A stretch of DNA of 63,789 bases, counting the filler, from Polymyxa betae A26-41 (Eukaryota > Protista > Endomyxa: Phytomyxea), in assembly GCA_003693705.1 (NCBI GenBank). It is 6 parts of 6 records of this genome, joined end to end, with 100 filler letters (N's around TTAATTAATTAA, not from the genome) between each part and the next. Parts side by side here need not be neighbours in the genome. Positions count along the whole stretch, not along the records: positions 34,542 to 54,593 come from RBZT01000169.1; 5 more parts are not named here. One strand, 5' to 3'. The translations under genes were made by a program, and so were the position numbers. The notes under the pieces were generated by a model that saw nothing but the letters and a program-made list of their open reading frames with translations, was not told the DNA's origin and did not search any database. Every line of letters begins with the position of its first letter. The first letter of the stretch is position 1. Below, one piece after another: positions 39,597 to 52,810 of the stretch.

Positions 39597-41060
39597 TCAC
39601 TTTTGTTGATATCCGGATAATAGATCGAATAAACGATGCAGAGAAGGTCGTAGACGGGACACGATCCGCCCGCGATCGTCTTTAGAGACGGCGTTCCGGT
39701 TCTGTAGGATGGCTGTTAATAAAGCGGTGAGGTCGCAGGAGGGAGATGCCGCCTCCAGCTGTGTGATAATCGATAGGAATAGATCGACGTATTTCGCGGA
39801 ATCATCCCAGCACGGAGTTCGAATCATTCGAATCATGGCGGGAACGAGCTGTTCCGGATTCACATGCTGATACCAACCAGTCGAAAAACCAGGAAAACTG
39901 AAGGTTTCTTTCAATGAAGGGATCATATTCAGATTGATAAAATATCTGCATCGGGTCTAGAACTTACATTCCGTAATCAATAAAGTGATGTGGTTTTGTA
40001 GGTGTTAATGTTACCGAGATTGTACTGCGGGAACTCGTCCAGGATCGAGATTCGATCTTGAGCGGATAATCCCCGGAACCATGTCTGTATGAAGGACCCG
40101 TCTGGATTCCACCAAACCAAACGACTATCCAGATAGGCAGCCAGTTTCGCGTGACGCAGAATCCCGGACAGCAGCTCCCGATAAGCCACGGAGTTGATCC
40201 CCGACGAACCCACCACTTGGTGCAGAATCTGGCAATTGCGAGCCGTGCTGGTCCAGCACGCACTGGTGATGACACTGGTCATCCATGGTAGTACGAGATC
40301 TTGGTCGATTTCCGGATAGGAGAGTAACAGTCCGAAAAAGTCCGGATTTGAGGATCGGCTCGGGAATGAAGGGCTCTTGTCCGGGACGTAAAAAGTGGCG
40401 AACTGGGTCCAGGACTATGACGGCGGTTAATGTGTAACAGAATCGACAGCGATTTCGTAACGTAACTGACAGAGGGTAAACTGCGGGAATTGCGGAACGA
40501 GTGCCTGACGACGTCGATGCGACATTCGACGACAGAAGCGCCAGCTGAATCGTCCAGCAACGATCCGATGAAACAGCGCAGAAAAATCTGGAAGATTTAA
40601 AGCTACAGAGATCATTCGGAGGAGGTCGCCGTCGTGATCGATTCGGACGGCGGCTTCAGACAGCTGATCGATTGTAAGCTGCGACTTCTCCAATAAAGGA
40701 TGCTTCAGGATACGGAAAAAGATCGCCGCAAGATGTGGCTGCTCGAAGGCAGGAAGCGCACCGAGAACAATATCCAGCAGATTATGTTGGAGATGTATCG
40801 GATGGTGAGCGATTGTTAGCAGATAGAAAGCAGCTTCTGCGTCAAGAGAGCGATTCTCACGATAATCAGACTCGGATTTTTCTGATACCAGCCTGAAAAA
40901 AGTATCAAATTTCTGAATTGTTTTTATCAAGAGTGAATTGTACAAGAGAACTCACAGCTCAAACATATGACGGGCGATATCGACAAAATCCAGAACGTTT
41001 TCATCCCTGGCACTGTCGAAGGCCGAATAAAGTTCCCAATTGCGGACTGAGGGCTTCTGC
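39597..41060 (-). CDS. Hypothetical helical protein, fragmented (multi-exon or pseudogene)
   Basis: Consecutive minus-strand ORFs 40427-40945, 39977-40282 and 39597-39926 with protein-like composition. Confidence 0.45.
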
Positions 41061-41612
41061 ATTAGAGCATGATGTGATTCGGTGATGGCATGACGCAAAT
41101 CAGAATCAAGATCCCGGAGATTTTTCCCAGAAATACGCCTGATACACCGATTGTCAAAAAACGAACAAAAAAGTTCAAAAAATAAAAAAATAAAAGGCTT
41201 TCAAAATGAAAGCGAAAAAACAGTTTGATATGTAGCACAATTTGGTGTAGAATGCGCAACATTTGTGACAATTCGAGATAAACAGCGTTTTTGTAGAACG
41301 GAATTCCGACCCTGGTTGATGGGAGAGCGGGAACCAATCCGCCCAGCAGTCTCTGAAACAATCTGGATCCTGAACAGCCCTGCCAGCAATCTCAGAGTTG
41401 CTATGAGGGCAGTTTCATCGTCGCTTACAATGTATGACGCGATAATCTCTTAAACAGCGATATCTCATTCGGTGTATGTTGGAGAAATCTCCACAGACGG
41501 TTCTCGTTCTTGGAATTTTTCATCAGACTAAATAAACGCATTCCGAAGGGCGTTTCGTTTTTGCGGCTGAAAACCAAATTTCACAAATCAGCGAATAGAA
41601 CAGGCTGAAATA

Positions 41613-42482
41613 TTACTCGATGTCAAAGCAGCATCTTGGAATTACCAGCAGGCTCGGAAACCATGAATCCTTCGTCTTTTCGGATATCATGCAGCATCGA
41701 ATCGCGGATTCGTTACAATACTCCTTCTTATCGCAGGATTTATGTAAAGCGCCTTCAATCTCGTCGAAAAAACGAGCGCGGATGTTAGAAAGGGAAGATC
41801 CAGAGAATTCTTTCAATGTAATCAGACCCTAGTGTTTAAGCAGTAGGTTACGAATTAAAGGTTCGAATAGTTCGGTCCACCAGAAGGGAGTCAATTTTCG
41901 AGAGAGGCGGATAGAGAGGTCACGAACTGATAAGAGAGACAGATTCTGAATGAGAAGGTCCCAGAAAGTCCGAATCCAAGTCCCATTGTAGGGGTTCGTT
42001 TTCATCATAGAGTTATCATTGAAGAGATAACGATTGCAGAACTTGTTTGTGAGCTGCTCTCGGTGGGAAGATTTCATGCGCGATATAATTAGATGATAGT
42101 TCGGAGTAAAGTCAGAGAGGTGTCTCGCAGCCTCGAATAAATGTAGAACAAGATCGGATGATGTTGGAGGATAGACTGATAGTAGAATGGCTCCGAATTG
42201 AGCTTGATGTAGTATCTCGGATGTGAGAAGATCCTTGATCAGGCGACTGTCATATTGACGAATAAATGACAAAGATGAATGATTAGATAAGAAGGATGAT
42301 TTCGAAGAGACATATTTAATGAGTTCGCGAATCTCGTCCAGAGACGCGTTATCAAGACGGTCAGCATTGGACAGCTTATGATGAAGAGAGGCGATCTTAG
42401 TGACGGCGGTCTCTTCCGTAACAGCAAATGTCAGCGACGTTGTAACCAGCAGAAGGGCCAGTATGAACGACAGAACCGACAT
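41613..42482 (-). CDS. Candidate secreted protein
   Basis: MSVLSFILALLLVTTSLTFA signal peptide at 42482 followed by a >200-aa open frame. Confidence 0.55.
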
Positions 42483-43523
42483 GATTGTTGCACGAGGAAC
42501 GATTGGATGGAAAATGATGACGAGCCTGCAAAGGAAACGATCAGCATGAAGCTGTCCCAAAAAGTGCGTGGTCGTCTATCATTGGGTCAACCTCAGTCAA
42601 TTCCTCAACCGTAGCGGAACATTTCGACGCCAAAAAGCAGATTCTCGAAGAGCCTGACCAATTGGCCGGCTTTGAATTTTTCAAGAATATTTGTTGTGTT
42701 ATTTTGTCAGAAAGTTGATTGAAGTCCTGCCTTAACACAGCAAAAAAGGCTTCGCAGTTGTTTGATTTCACAGTTGCGCAGCTGTTGGTTTTTGCACAGA
42801 GACTACCTAGGTATGTGACCCTTGCTCAAAATTGCGCATTTTTTCGCCCTTGATGTAAAAAAAACGTGAGATTTCGTGAATTGCATTTTAAACAGGAGTA
42901 TAGATTTAAAATGTCCGCAACGGTATCATGTTCGCGAGCATATCCAAGCTGTTGCGCCTGGGAAAGGCATAAGTCGCCGGGCAAGGCATCGACTCCAGAT
43001 TCAGCAAAAGTGGAGCAGCCTGCATCGTTTGTCTGGATGGTGCCGACGACGATCTGCCTCTGTTGCTGAATTGGATATGGAATGCGAATCCATTTCAAAT
43101 TATAAAGACAACGAAGGTCGAAACACAACACATCGCCTCTGGCGATAGTGACGAACAGATTCGGCATGTCTTTGGCACTTTTCACCAATGTCGATGGCCA
43201 CGGTATTACGAATTCCAAAGCAAGAGAAGTGACGGGACAGCCGCACGACAGGGTAGGGCAGCTGCAATTTGTGGACAATCGTAGGCAGCTTGAAGCACGC
43301 AAACCAGACCATGGGAAAAACTGGGTCGCGGCCGGTACGACAGAGATGGAAGGATCCATCGTCGTCGATCAGAGAAAGTGTTCGTTTGAGTTCCAAGGTG
43401 ATCGAGGACGCATTTTATATCATGCGTGTAGATTTATGAGACGGTTGTACCGACCCAGTCTGATGATTTAGGTTATAAATGGGCGATATTTGTTATGTCG
43501 GGCAGTTTCTTAGGAACGTTGGA

Positions 43524-43680
43524 TGTCGAAATCTGGGCAGAAATTTTTGAATTGGAATGAGTTTGAAGAAGTGATGTTGTACTTCTTTGAATGCGATCGG
43601 AAGGCAATGCTTCCTGTTGAATTAGCGTGCCTCAATCCTATCGATATTTTCCTTGATTGAACAGCGTTCCAATTGCGAAA
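43524..43680 (-). mobile_element. Diverged LTR of the tRNA-adjacent family
   Basis: Aligns with 54309-54459 and 56322-56473 (TTTGAAGAAGTG, CGGAAGGCAATGCTTCC, GTTGAATTAGC, ACAGCG); ends 13 nt before tRNA-Val. Confidence 0.7.
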
Positions 43681-43693
43681 GTTTGCAGTTAAT

Positions 43694-43767
43694 GTCCGGA
43701 TGGTGTAGTTGGTTATCACACCTGTCTAACACACAGGAGGTCTCCAGTTCGAGTCTGGGTCGGGACA
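43694..43767 (+). tRNA. tRNA-Val(AAC)
   Basis: Cloverleaf with anticodon arm CCTGT-CT-AAC-AC-ACAGG; T-run terminator. Confidence 0.95.
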
Positions 43768-44633
43768 TTCTTTTTGCGTTGACTTTCATTTTGATCTGGT
43801 TCTATCTATGGTCACACTGTTGCGCTGACTTCTCAATGCTGAACAGGTCCCAAACAGCACGAGAACTGCACTGTACACTGAACAGTAAGCCTTCGCTTCC
43901 GCACTCATCTAAAGTCCGCATCTCAGTTCAGTCCTAAGTCTGTAGAAAAATTTCTCGATCGATAATGGAGTGTGTGTTTCACATGAAGTCGAATAAATCA
44001 TTTAGCGGCTGTTTTTTTATGCTTTCTCGTGAAAATGCAGTTGTACCGCTTTTACGAAACCCGATGAAGAATAAACTGAGCTGATCCGACTGATTTACCA
44101 GCTGGAATAAGTAGCTGATGGTGCACTGTTTCTTTTTATCACAATGCCTTCATGTATCGGACTCTTCTATTCCCAACCAGAGATGAGCCCGCACTAGCGT
44201 ATGACCAGTGCGGATGCTATTAATGAGTGCATTGGTATGATCAACTGGAAACTTGAGGAGGTCTCCTCTCGGGCGACTGATAACAGATTTCCCCATGCTC
44301 GAGTAATTCAGGGATTGCGGTTCTGGCACAAACTGGTCCAGCTTTTGTGTTCACCTTGTGAATACAGTCTGTACGAAGACTCGAAGGGATCATGGTTATC
44401 AAGATGGTTGACGTCATTAGCTTCCTCGTTTTGCGAATTCGTCGCTTTCAGGAATGATTTTAGTATAGTCGGCACAATACAAAGTTGCAGCCTCAAATTG
44501 CAGTTACACAGTCGACGAAGTCAATATCCATGCGAATATGTTACATGAATGCAAAAATCCAGTTTGATAGCCCAAACAAGGGAGATCTAAAAATCGAATA
44601 TATCAAATCAGAGTTAAAAAAAGTCGGGATATA

Positions 44634-44705
44634 TGCCCCCAGCAGGGATTGAACCTGCGACCTACCGCTTACAAAGCGGGTGCACTACCACTGTGCTATA
44701 GAGGC
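44634..44705 (-). tRNA. tRNA-Thr(TGT)
   Basis: GCCTCTA...TGGGGGC acceptor stem, loop TT-TGT-AA, GGTTCAATCC T-arm. Confidence 0.93.
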
Positions 44706-45382
44706 GACTTTGCATCGCAGTCGTTTCCAATCTATTAAAATGCCAGACCTAAAATAGAGCAATATCCTGAACTTTATTGCAGATTGGGATACGTAAACAA
44801 TTTCTCAGATGATTTTGGAATCGCATTGAGGATGAAGGCCTCAGGATTATCATCTGTTGGAGATTCGCTGACATCCCGGACTGTCAGCTCAGGTGCTCGC
44901 GCCTGTAGGTGCACCATTAATAGGGCCCGTTGGGGTTTGAATTTGGGGTTGGATTCGTACGGGCGCTGCCCAAGCACCTCCAGAGTCCAATATTAGGGTT
45001 AGGTTTGCTTCTGCGCTCCGTTCTAACGTAGAGTCATTTCAATCTACTGAATTTGGAAAATGACAAAGTGTGATCGACGATACCATGATTTCAGATTTAA
45101 CTGAAGTGACTGCATGAGGAGAACCACTTCGTCCTGAATCCATGATCAGCGTAGCCCTTTAAAGCGCAGCCAGATGTCACACTTCTCATCCGTGGTTCCA
45201 GAACGATCGGAACGTGACTCATCCGCTATCGATCGATTTCCATCGAACATGCGATTAATTTCTGACACAATTGCTGTTATTCAAATCTTGATTACTTGCT
45301 TGTCAGCCATTCCTGGCCATAGATTGATAACATTCGCCTTCTTCATTGGTGGCGGGACCCGCCTATATAGCCGATTTTCGGG

Positions 45383-46291
45383 ATGTTCGACACAGACAAG
45401 ATCGTTCAGGCTCTATTCTATGATGGACAATGTAGCGATCTCCAGCTGATCGTTGGAGATCGATCTTTCCATTGTCATCGTTTCGTGATGATTCCTGTTA
45501 GTCGTTTCCTGCAACAATCGGTCCAATGGCCTTCAGATGCGATCGATGACGCCAATTCTGTTCGCATCGAACTTCCAGATTTCCGCACTCCGGACTCTTT
45601 GGGGAGCCTCTCTCACGACAAGATCTCGTACTTTGAAATCTATCTCAAGGTCGTGTACGGCCTGCATCAACTCAGCCTGGAACGTGCGACCGAATTGTGC
45701 GAGGTCGCTCAGATTGCGGATTTCATGATGTCTGATGCTGTTCTGGAGCTCTGCGATCGTCTGCTGTGTTCGAAGACCTTCCTTTCGTTGAATACAGAGA
45801 TGGGCCTCTTCTGTGAGAGGTTTTCGCTCTCCAGCACGCTGGATCGTGTGAAACTGAAGATCGCGGCGGATCTGCAACGATCCGCTTCGGACGAGAACCT
45901 CCATCGGATGGGTCCTTCGCATTTTATCGACATTATCAGGTTATGCTCGGAATCAACACGATGGCAGTTCTGGAATATTACGGGATATGCAGCTGGTGTA
46001 AACTTGCTGGAAAGCGACATGAATGACGCCAATTTACAGCTGGAGACCCGTCTTAGGGATCGCTGGATTGGTAACGTAATTCCAATTGCTTCAGGCAGGG
46101 GACAATTGTATGAAGATTTATTGAATGAAGTGAGCAAAGGCTGGGAGATCTCCACCGTTAATGATATCTATGACGATATCCAGACGACCAAAATCGTCTT
46201 TGAAGGCGCCGAAAAGTGTCACAAGTTTCTGTGTCGCATTATTGCTCAAGCATACCGCCGTCTGAGCACGCCTTCCGTGAAAGCTCATTGA
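45383..46291 (+). CDS. BTB/POZ-domain protein
   Basis: SDLQLIVGDRSFHCHRFVM..SRFL, then FEIYLKVVY and IADFM....LELC typical of BTB(-BACK-like) proteins. Confidence 0.85.
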   Translation: MFDTDKIVQALFYDGQCSDLQLIVGDRSFHCHRFVMIPVSRFLQQSVQWPSDAIDDANSVRIELPDFRTPDSLGSLSHDKISYFEIYLKVVYGLHQLSLERATELCEVAQIADFMMSDAVLELCDRLLCSKTFLSLNTEMGLFCERFSLSSTLDRVKLKIAADLQRSASDENLHRMGPSHFIDIIRLCSESTRWQFWNITGYAAGVNLLESDMNDANLQLETRLRDRWIGNVIPIASGRGQLYEDLLNEVSKGWEISTVNDIYDDIQTTKIVFEGAEKCHKFLCRIIAQAYRRLSTPSVKAH

Positions 46292-46641
46292 TTGAAAGCC
46301 GGCGGCGTCTCTGCGGCGCCCAACGTTTCTGTTCCATGGAAGCGTAAACTGATATCACTTTATTATATCTAAATCATTGCGCTTTTCCATTCCGATTTAC
46401 ACTTGTTTTCCCATTATGGAGAAATTCTGGAATTTCATCGCAATAATCCACGATAGTATCCGACTGCGACGCACATAAACCGCTCTCCGAAAGTCCGAAC
46501 GCCACTAATCAGGCAAAATCGTTTCGCTGGCTAACAATGCTGTTATAATAGGGTGCGGACCTGAAGGTGGAAATGGGCAAATCGTGGCCTCTGGCGGGCG
46601 AGTATGACCCCTTTTATTGGTATGAAACATTGCAATGAAGT

Positions 46642-49600
46642 TTATTCGGTTGGAAACAGATTCAGTTTCAGATCGGTGAACAGTTTAGTGATATCATGGG
46701 CCAGATCGGCCTTGATGTTCACAAATTCGGAGGCTGTTGGCAGGTTGGTCACAGGGCCAATGATCGTATCACATTCGTTGAGTTTAAATTCGAGAACTTT
46801 CTCGACTTCGTACTCGATCGTATTGAGGGCATTATAGGCCGCGGCTATAACGACATTGCGCATAATCGCGGCGACATGGCACCGATGGGCTACAACCAAC
46901 ACATAATTCGATGTGTACGATGGCGATGTGGTCGAGATCAGCTCGGTGAAATCCACTAAAGGATGTTCAAGCAACCGTTGAGTTAGGGTTCGGACCTTGG
47001 CGATCGTGCTAGCTGTAGCACTGATGAAGGCGTCAAAACATCGCGATTGCACACTTCTCTTGTCTTTGCGATATTTCTTCGCCGGAATGTTGTAGTATGG
47101 TCGGATGATCCCTTCCAGATCGCCCTGGATCGTATCTGATAGAAGTTCCATCAATCATAGAGAAACCCATCATCTCATAAGTCCGCACCTGACAGGTTTC
47201 TATAAATCTGAATAAATTCCTGAATGCGATCCACCGTATTCTGATCGAATCGGGTGCAATAGTCCAAGATGGAAATCGATCTATAATTCCGATCGTCGTC
47301 GCTCTCCTGGGACAATAATCGCTCCGCTTCTTGAATCGCATCGTTCAACACCGTGTCAAGTTCCGAGTTCAGATCGCTCAGCGGGGCCAGCACGTCCTTC
47401 CGGGACCATTTCTGATGGAGAATGTCGGCGATGGGCGTCACCAGCAGATCGGCGTCGTGGGGTGTCATGGCGTTGTACTGGTCCACGTCCTGTTCCAGAC
47501 CCCGAAAGAAAACGGGCAGGAAACTGTCCGGGGCCATCAGCAGAATGGCGCGGCCACGTTCCAGATACGCATCCCGCAGCTCCCGCATGACCGCAGCAAC
47601 CTGCGCGAGCGCGTACCGGCCCGGATCCTGACAGACATCGAAGAGGATGGTGTCCAGAGTGAGTTTGAAGAACTCCGAGAGCATTGGGGTATTGCTGGGT
47701 ATATAATCGACCTTGGCTAAAGCAGCTGATAGAGCGGTATTGTCTGTATCAGGCTGGATATGATGGGTACCCAGAGCCTGCCATAGTTTCGGGAGCAGCA
47801 TCAGCGAGCAGTGCGGATTACTTAGTAGGGTAACGTGATCCTCGAACGATGATAGAGACGTGGGGTCATGGGGTAACAGATCCGGTAACGTGAAACTGAC
47901 TTGATATCTGACTTTGCCCAGGATCTTCGGGTTCGGAATTCGCTCCATATAGAAACTGAAACGAAATTCCATTAGCAGGAGCCGGAACGGTTGAAACATT
48001 AAACAGAAGGCCTCCATGTAACATAATCAATGCGCAAAAGCCTGAAATAAAACTTCGGCCTCCACCAACCTGCGGGTTTCAATTTTGCTGGTGATGATGC
48101 GGCTGAAGGTTCTGTCCGAAACTTATTATTAGATATTTACGTTTCAATGGGTGTAAAACTGACCTCGAGCTAACGTTACTGGAGCAGAATCTCTGCCAGC
48201 AGTTATGGCCCCGGACGTTACTTTGGACTTCTTTTTGCGTTGATTCTTGGAATTGCCGGATTCGATATTGGCGGACTGCGTGACGGGCAACGCAACACGA
48301 GAACCTTCATCGTACTGGTCCTTACAGCCATCTTCGGCAGTCCCGACCGAGGGTTCAGAGATCGGATCCGACAGCGTAGGTTCAGATTCCGGATCATGAT
48401 GAACTTCTGTGATGTCCGTGGATGGCAATGAAGATCCAGCTGCTACTAAAGGTCCAGTAAAAGAATGAGTAACAAAACATTCGAGAAACGAACACAGAAT
48501 GTGAAAGTTGAGAAAAATATAAAAAAGAAGTCAGTTTTTCTGGTTTTTGTACCTGAAGCCGAGTTTGGATTCTGAGTTTTGGATACAACAGACCGCCCTA
48601 TAATGTCCATATATTACGGTAGATGATGTCTGAAATCGTATGGGAATACTGACCTTGATCACGATTGCTGCGGGGTTTACGTTTTCTAGCCTCTAAATGA
48701 TGTTCAATGGATAAAAATGTGTACTACAGAATATCACCAACGTGATTGCATCTTTTTGATCTGATTCTTAGAGAGACGTTCAGCGTTATTAACAGGTTTT
48801 AAAGATAAGCTGGAAACTGTTTCGAAATTATCAGCGTGATTAGAATTTGATACAGAAAGGAGTTGGTCGGGAGCAGTTTCAGGAACAGCAGCATCGATGT
48901 TGATGGCGTTTGGAGGGAAGAGATGATGTTCGACACCAAGCTCGACTTCATCATGGTGTGAAATGTCCGGAAGAGATTCAGCTGGATCTTCCGGCAGACT
49001 TTCCGCTCCATTCTCCGGCATAATCTTAGCTACAATCTCCGGCAAAAATTCTGCTGGATTCTGTGCAACAATGTTGCTTGCATTCGCAGTATTGCTACAC
49101 GCTGTAGAATCTGTGAGATGAGAAAGCTCAGGAGATCGGGAGAGTTCAAAGATAAAGGAATCTGGGTCTTCTTGGTGTGAATTCCAAGAATCAGAGACAA
49201 TAGAATCATCATCATCACTAAACAGGTCTGTTGGCAATTTGAAAGGAATGTCGAAATCAGGATTGAATTTAACCATGCTCTCCAACAGATTTGTCAATGA
49301 GAAGTCTAGAGATGAATAAGCGAAAGGATGGGATCCGGTCTGAGCAGATCCATCGGAATGAATAGACAGCTTAGATGGTTCTTCGACATCTTCCTTCTGA
49401 GAATCTTCTATCAGATACTAAATGACATTACGGAAACGATTCGCTACAAACCTGCAACGATTCGGATAACTGCGAGAACATTCTGCGGAATTCGCTTTCA
49501 CGAATCTGTCGTGTCTGATCCGAAAACTGCATTCGAATATCAGCCAATGCTACATCGAGACGCTGATTTAACAGCTCCGAGATCCGCCACGCATTCCATC

Positions 49601-49909
49601 CGCTGAATGACGACATATTCGATGTAAGACCGAGCAGCATATTGTTGTTATCCTTCAATAATACGGACTTGGTATTGGAACATCGATCATGAAGAACATT
49701 ATTCAAAATGGTCCAAAACTCCAGAATATCCCCGTGAATATCGAGTATAATCTTATCCAGATCATGACCTGGCTCCATAATATGTATTGCTCTACGGCAA
49801 TAATATTGATAATCTTGTACGAGATCATCATATGGAACTTGTGAGCGCACATAATCAGAGATACATTGCTGCTCAGAATCCGTACCAAGACAATGAGCAA
49901 TCTGATCAA
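46642..49909 (-). CDS. Large multi-exon hypothetical protein
   Basis: Chain of minus-strand ORFs (49428-49850, 48734-49297, 48144-48428, 47175-48017, 46642-47154) with plausible GT-AG introns and micro-exons between them. Confidence 0.5.
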
Positions 49910-50722
49910 CGAATCCAGAATTGAGCCCTACAGGTCACGTAATCAGTAACATAACGCATGAGGTAGTATTACCCGTCTTACCGGAATGCCATGTGCGCTC
50001 GCCGATCCCATGATCCTAGTAAGGGCTGGTGGGTGAAACGAACCAATTACAGTACAGGTAACATTACATGTGGTTGCGCCCATGTCACAGCTAGAGTAGA
50101 GAGTATGACCAGGAACACTGGCTCTACCAGCATTGAACGGGGTGGAACTACAGTACGACCTCGGGTCTGTCTGATTCCTCAGGCGAAATCAAGTCTGATC
50201 GAAAGTCCGCCGCAGTTTGCTTCAGTTGGTTGGCCGACGAGCTCCATGCGGAAACTGTGTTTCCTCCGACGGAACACAGGCTGTGGCCACAACCGGTATT
50301 GAAATGGGCAGCAGAAAGTTTGGAGATTATCTCGAGCTAAATAGGTTGGGGAAGGACTCATATTGGTCATAGAAATTCACTCCATACTACGGCGGCCAAC
50401 GATCCAGCCTAAAAGAAAGTTCGGATTCTGAGAAAGATCTTGGTAAAGGCATGTCAAGCCATACTATGGGATTTAAGAGGAAAAACAGTACTTGGTCTTT
50501 CATCAAACTTGGCAGAATGGTGACAGATGTTAAATGTTGGATGACAGATGAATTACTGCATAGTCAAATACATAATAGAAATTCATTGAAAAGTGTTGAT
50601 AGATAGTGATGAAAAACTTTGAAATATCTTCAAAAAGTTCTCAGAATCTCACTTGATATTACAGTCATGATTGCCGTCATTGTTAATCTCCGTCGATTTC
50701 TCGTCAACCTGTTCGTGAAGCG

Positions 50723-51652
50723 ATGTCGTGGCGAACATCGCCATCTGCTGCCCAAAACTCAGCTCATCCGAGATCTGAATCTCTATCATGGCGCTCACAA
50801 TCCGGATCTGTTCATGACCGGGAGATACCTCCGATCAAGGGCATCCTCCATCCTCGACCTTCCTTTCGGAGCCCACCTTCAGCGTTTCGAACTCCGTCTT
50901 CAGGCTTCTGCAGCCCGCCTTCTACCAACCGGAAAGCAGCATCATCATTTCGGCGTCCACCATCATCGTACAGAGCTCCGCCCAGAAGCTCGGACCTCAG
51001 GACTCCAGTTGTACAGAGACAGCTCTGTACTCGGAGCAATATTAAACCAGATCGTTGCCATATTACACCAAGTTCTCATACAGGCCAAATCAATACCCTT
51101 CATATCCATCAGACCAGTATCACTGATTCGTACAATAACGCATCAGACAATGCAAAGTAACAATTTGAACATTTGAATTTAACTTTATATTGTTACATTG
51201 TATCATTAAAACCAGCGAATTTTACAGACAATGTCGAAAGCGAAATGGAGCTGCATGCTGGTGTCATGATACATATAATCCATTTCAATTAGATCTGTAT
51301 ACAGATCTCGATTGGAGTATGACTGTTGATTATGAATTTAATGAGGAACTTTGTCAGTATGATACAACATCATCATACAGATCATCATCTCATATAAATA
51401 TTCCTATCAATATCAATCAGATATCTACCAATAACAATCCATCACAACAATCAGGTATTTACAGGCTTCTTCTGTTCCCATGATCTTCCCTCTTCTAATA
51501 TCCATCTAATTGTTCACATAGAGTCCTGCATCACCAAATGTCCATCTTTGAACAGAACAAAAATGTCCAAGAAATCCAGTCAATGCAAGATGAGAGCACG
51601 ACGGAGTTCGAGATCGTCTCGACGTAGCAGACGTCAACGGAAACGCAATTGA
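50723..51652 (+). CDS. Ser/Arg-rich hypothetical multi-exon protein with an Arg-rich tail
   Basis: S/R/P-rich exon; a last intron (~51454-51520) joins in frame to ...MRARRSSRSSRRSRRQRKRN*. Confidence 0.35.
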
Positions 51653-52736
51653 GATTGAATACAAACAACTGATTTTTTGGCTCAAGTGGATACTTTTCCG
51701 GATTATTCTGATACAGAATTTATTGCGAGATGTTATATCAAGCCCAATAGCGGATGTGACTTGTACGTAGAAATCGAGGTGAAAATGTCAAAGTGACCAA
51801 ACATGATAAATAGAGAATGTTTGAATGTGACCATTGTGAGAGCTGATTCGAACAGGAGATCACTCTGCAAGACGGACAGTAACCTTAGCAGAGGGTTCAT
51901 TCATAATGACCGAGTGAACTGGTTACGAGAGATTCAGATGGATACTTCCTATAGACCGTCAACTATCTGGGAGAAATCAAATCCCGTCATTGAAGCAAAT
52001 CAATACAGCAAATATACTACTGAGAGGAGAAGTTAGGTGAGGCTGTAGGGTGTCAATACAGATCTAGATATCATAGGCCTGGTCTGTGATAACATATTGA
52101 TAGTGAGGCGTATTTCTGTATTATTGTCGGCAGGATCATAGAAGTGATTCAACGAAATTAGCACGATATCAATTGAAAGTAACAGAGCGCACGATTTGAG
52201 ATCGCGATAAGCTGATTCTGCTGTCTTCCAGGTCATTAAAAGATTTCGAAGACCAAGGCAGGGTACCAATCATGCTTCAGCAGACGATTGAGCCTTCTAG
52301 GATCGATATAAACGCGGGCCGGATTCTTTTCGCCCGTTTGCTGTCTCGTTTCAGGGCGGCGAGTAGCGGAAGAATTCATTGACATCCAGTCTGCGCGTCA
52401 ATGACCGCGCCATCCTCGATCCAACGCTGAACTTGTACGCTCAAAACTCCTAACAGAACTTCTTGTACAGGGTATTTGATTGGAGGTGGTGAATTGCTGG
52501 CTGCTCAACAGGAATACAGGCCTCGGCGATGACCGCTTTGTTAAGAGCATCGGCAGCCTCGACGACAATCAGTTGACGATGGAGATCGTGGTGAGAATCA
52601 ATCGTAGTCCTGTATCATGAGAGACATGGTCGAAAAGCCAGTGACGGTCCAGGCAAGGACCACTGCAATAAGGAACAGCAGGATTTGAAACATTCTTGCG
52701 TTTTCCGAAGATCAGTAAAACTCTTGAAAAAGGACA

Positions 52737-52810
52737 TGTCCCGACCCAGACTCGAACTGGAGACCTCCTGTGTGTTAGACAGGTGTGATAACCAACTACA
52801 CCATCCGGAC
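52737..52810 (-). tRNA. tRNA-Val(AAC)
   Basis: Identical to 43694-43767. Confidence 0.95.

Noticed and set aside
51563-51652. Stand-alone protamine-like 29-aa ORF
   Set aside because: Reads in frame from an upstream acceptor, so it is more likely the last exon of a larger gene
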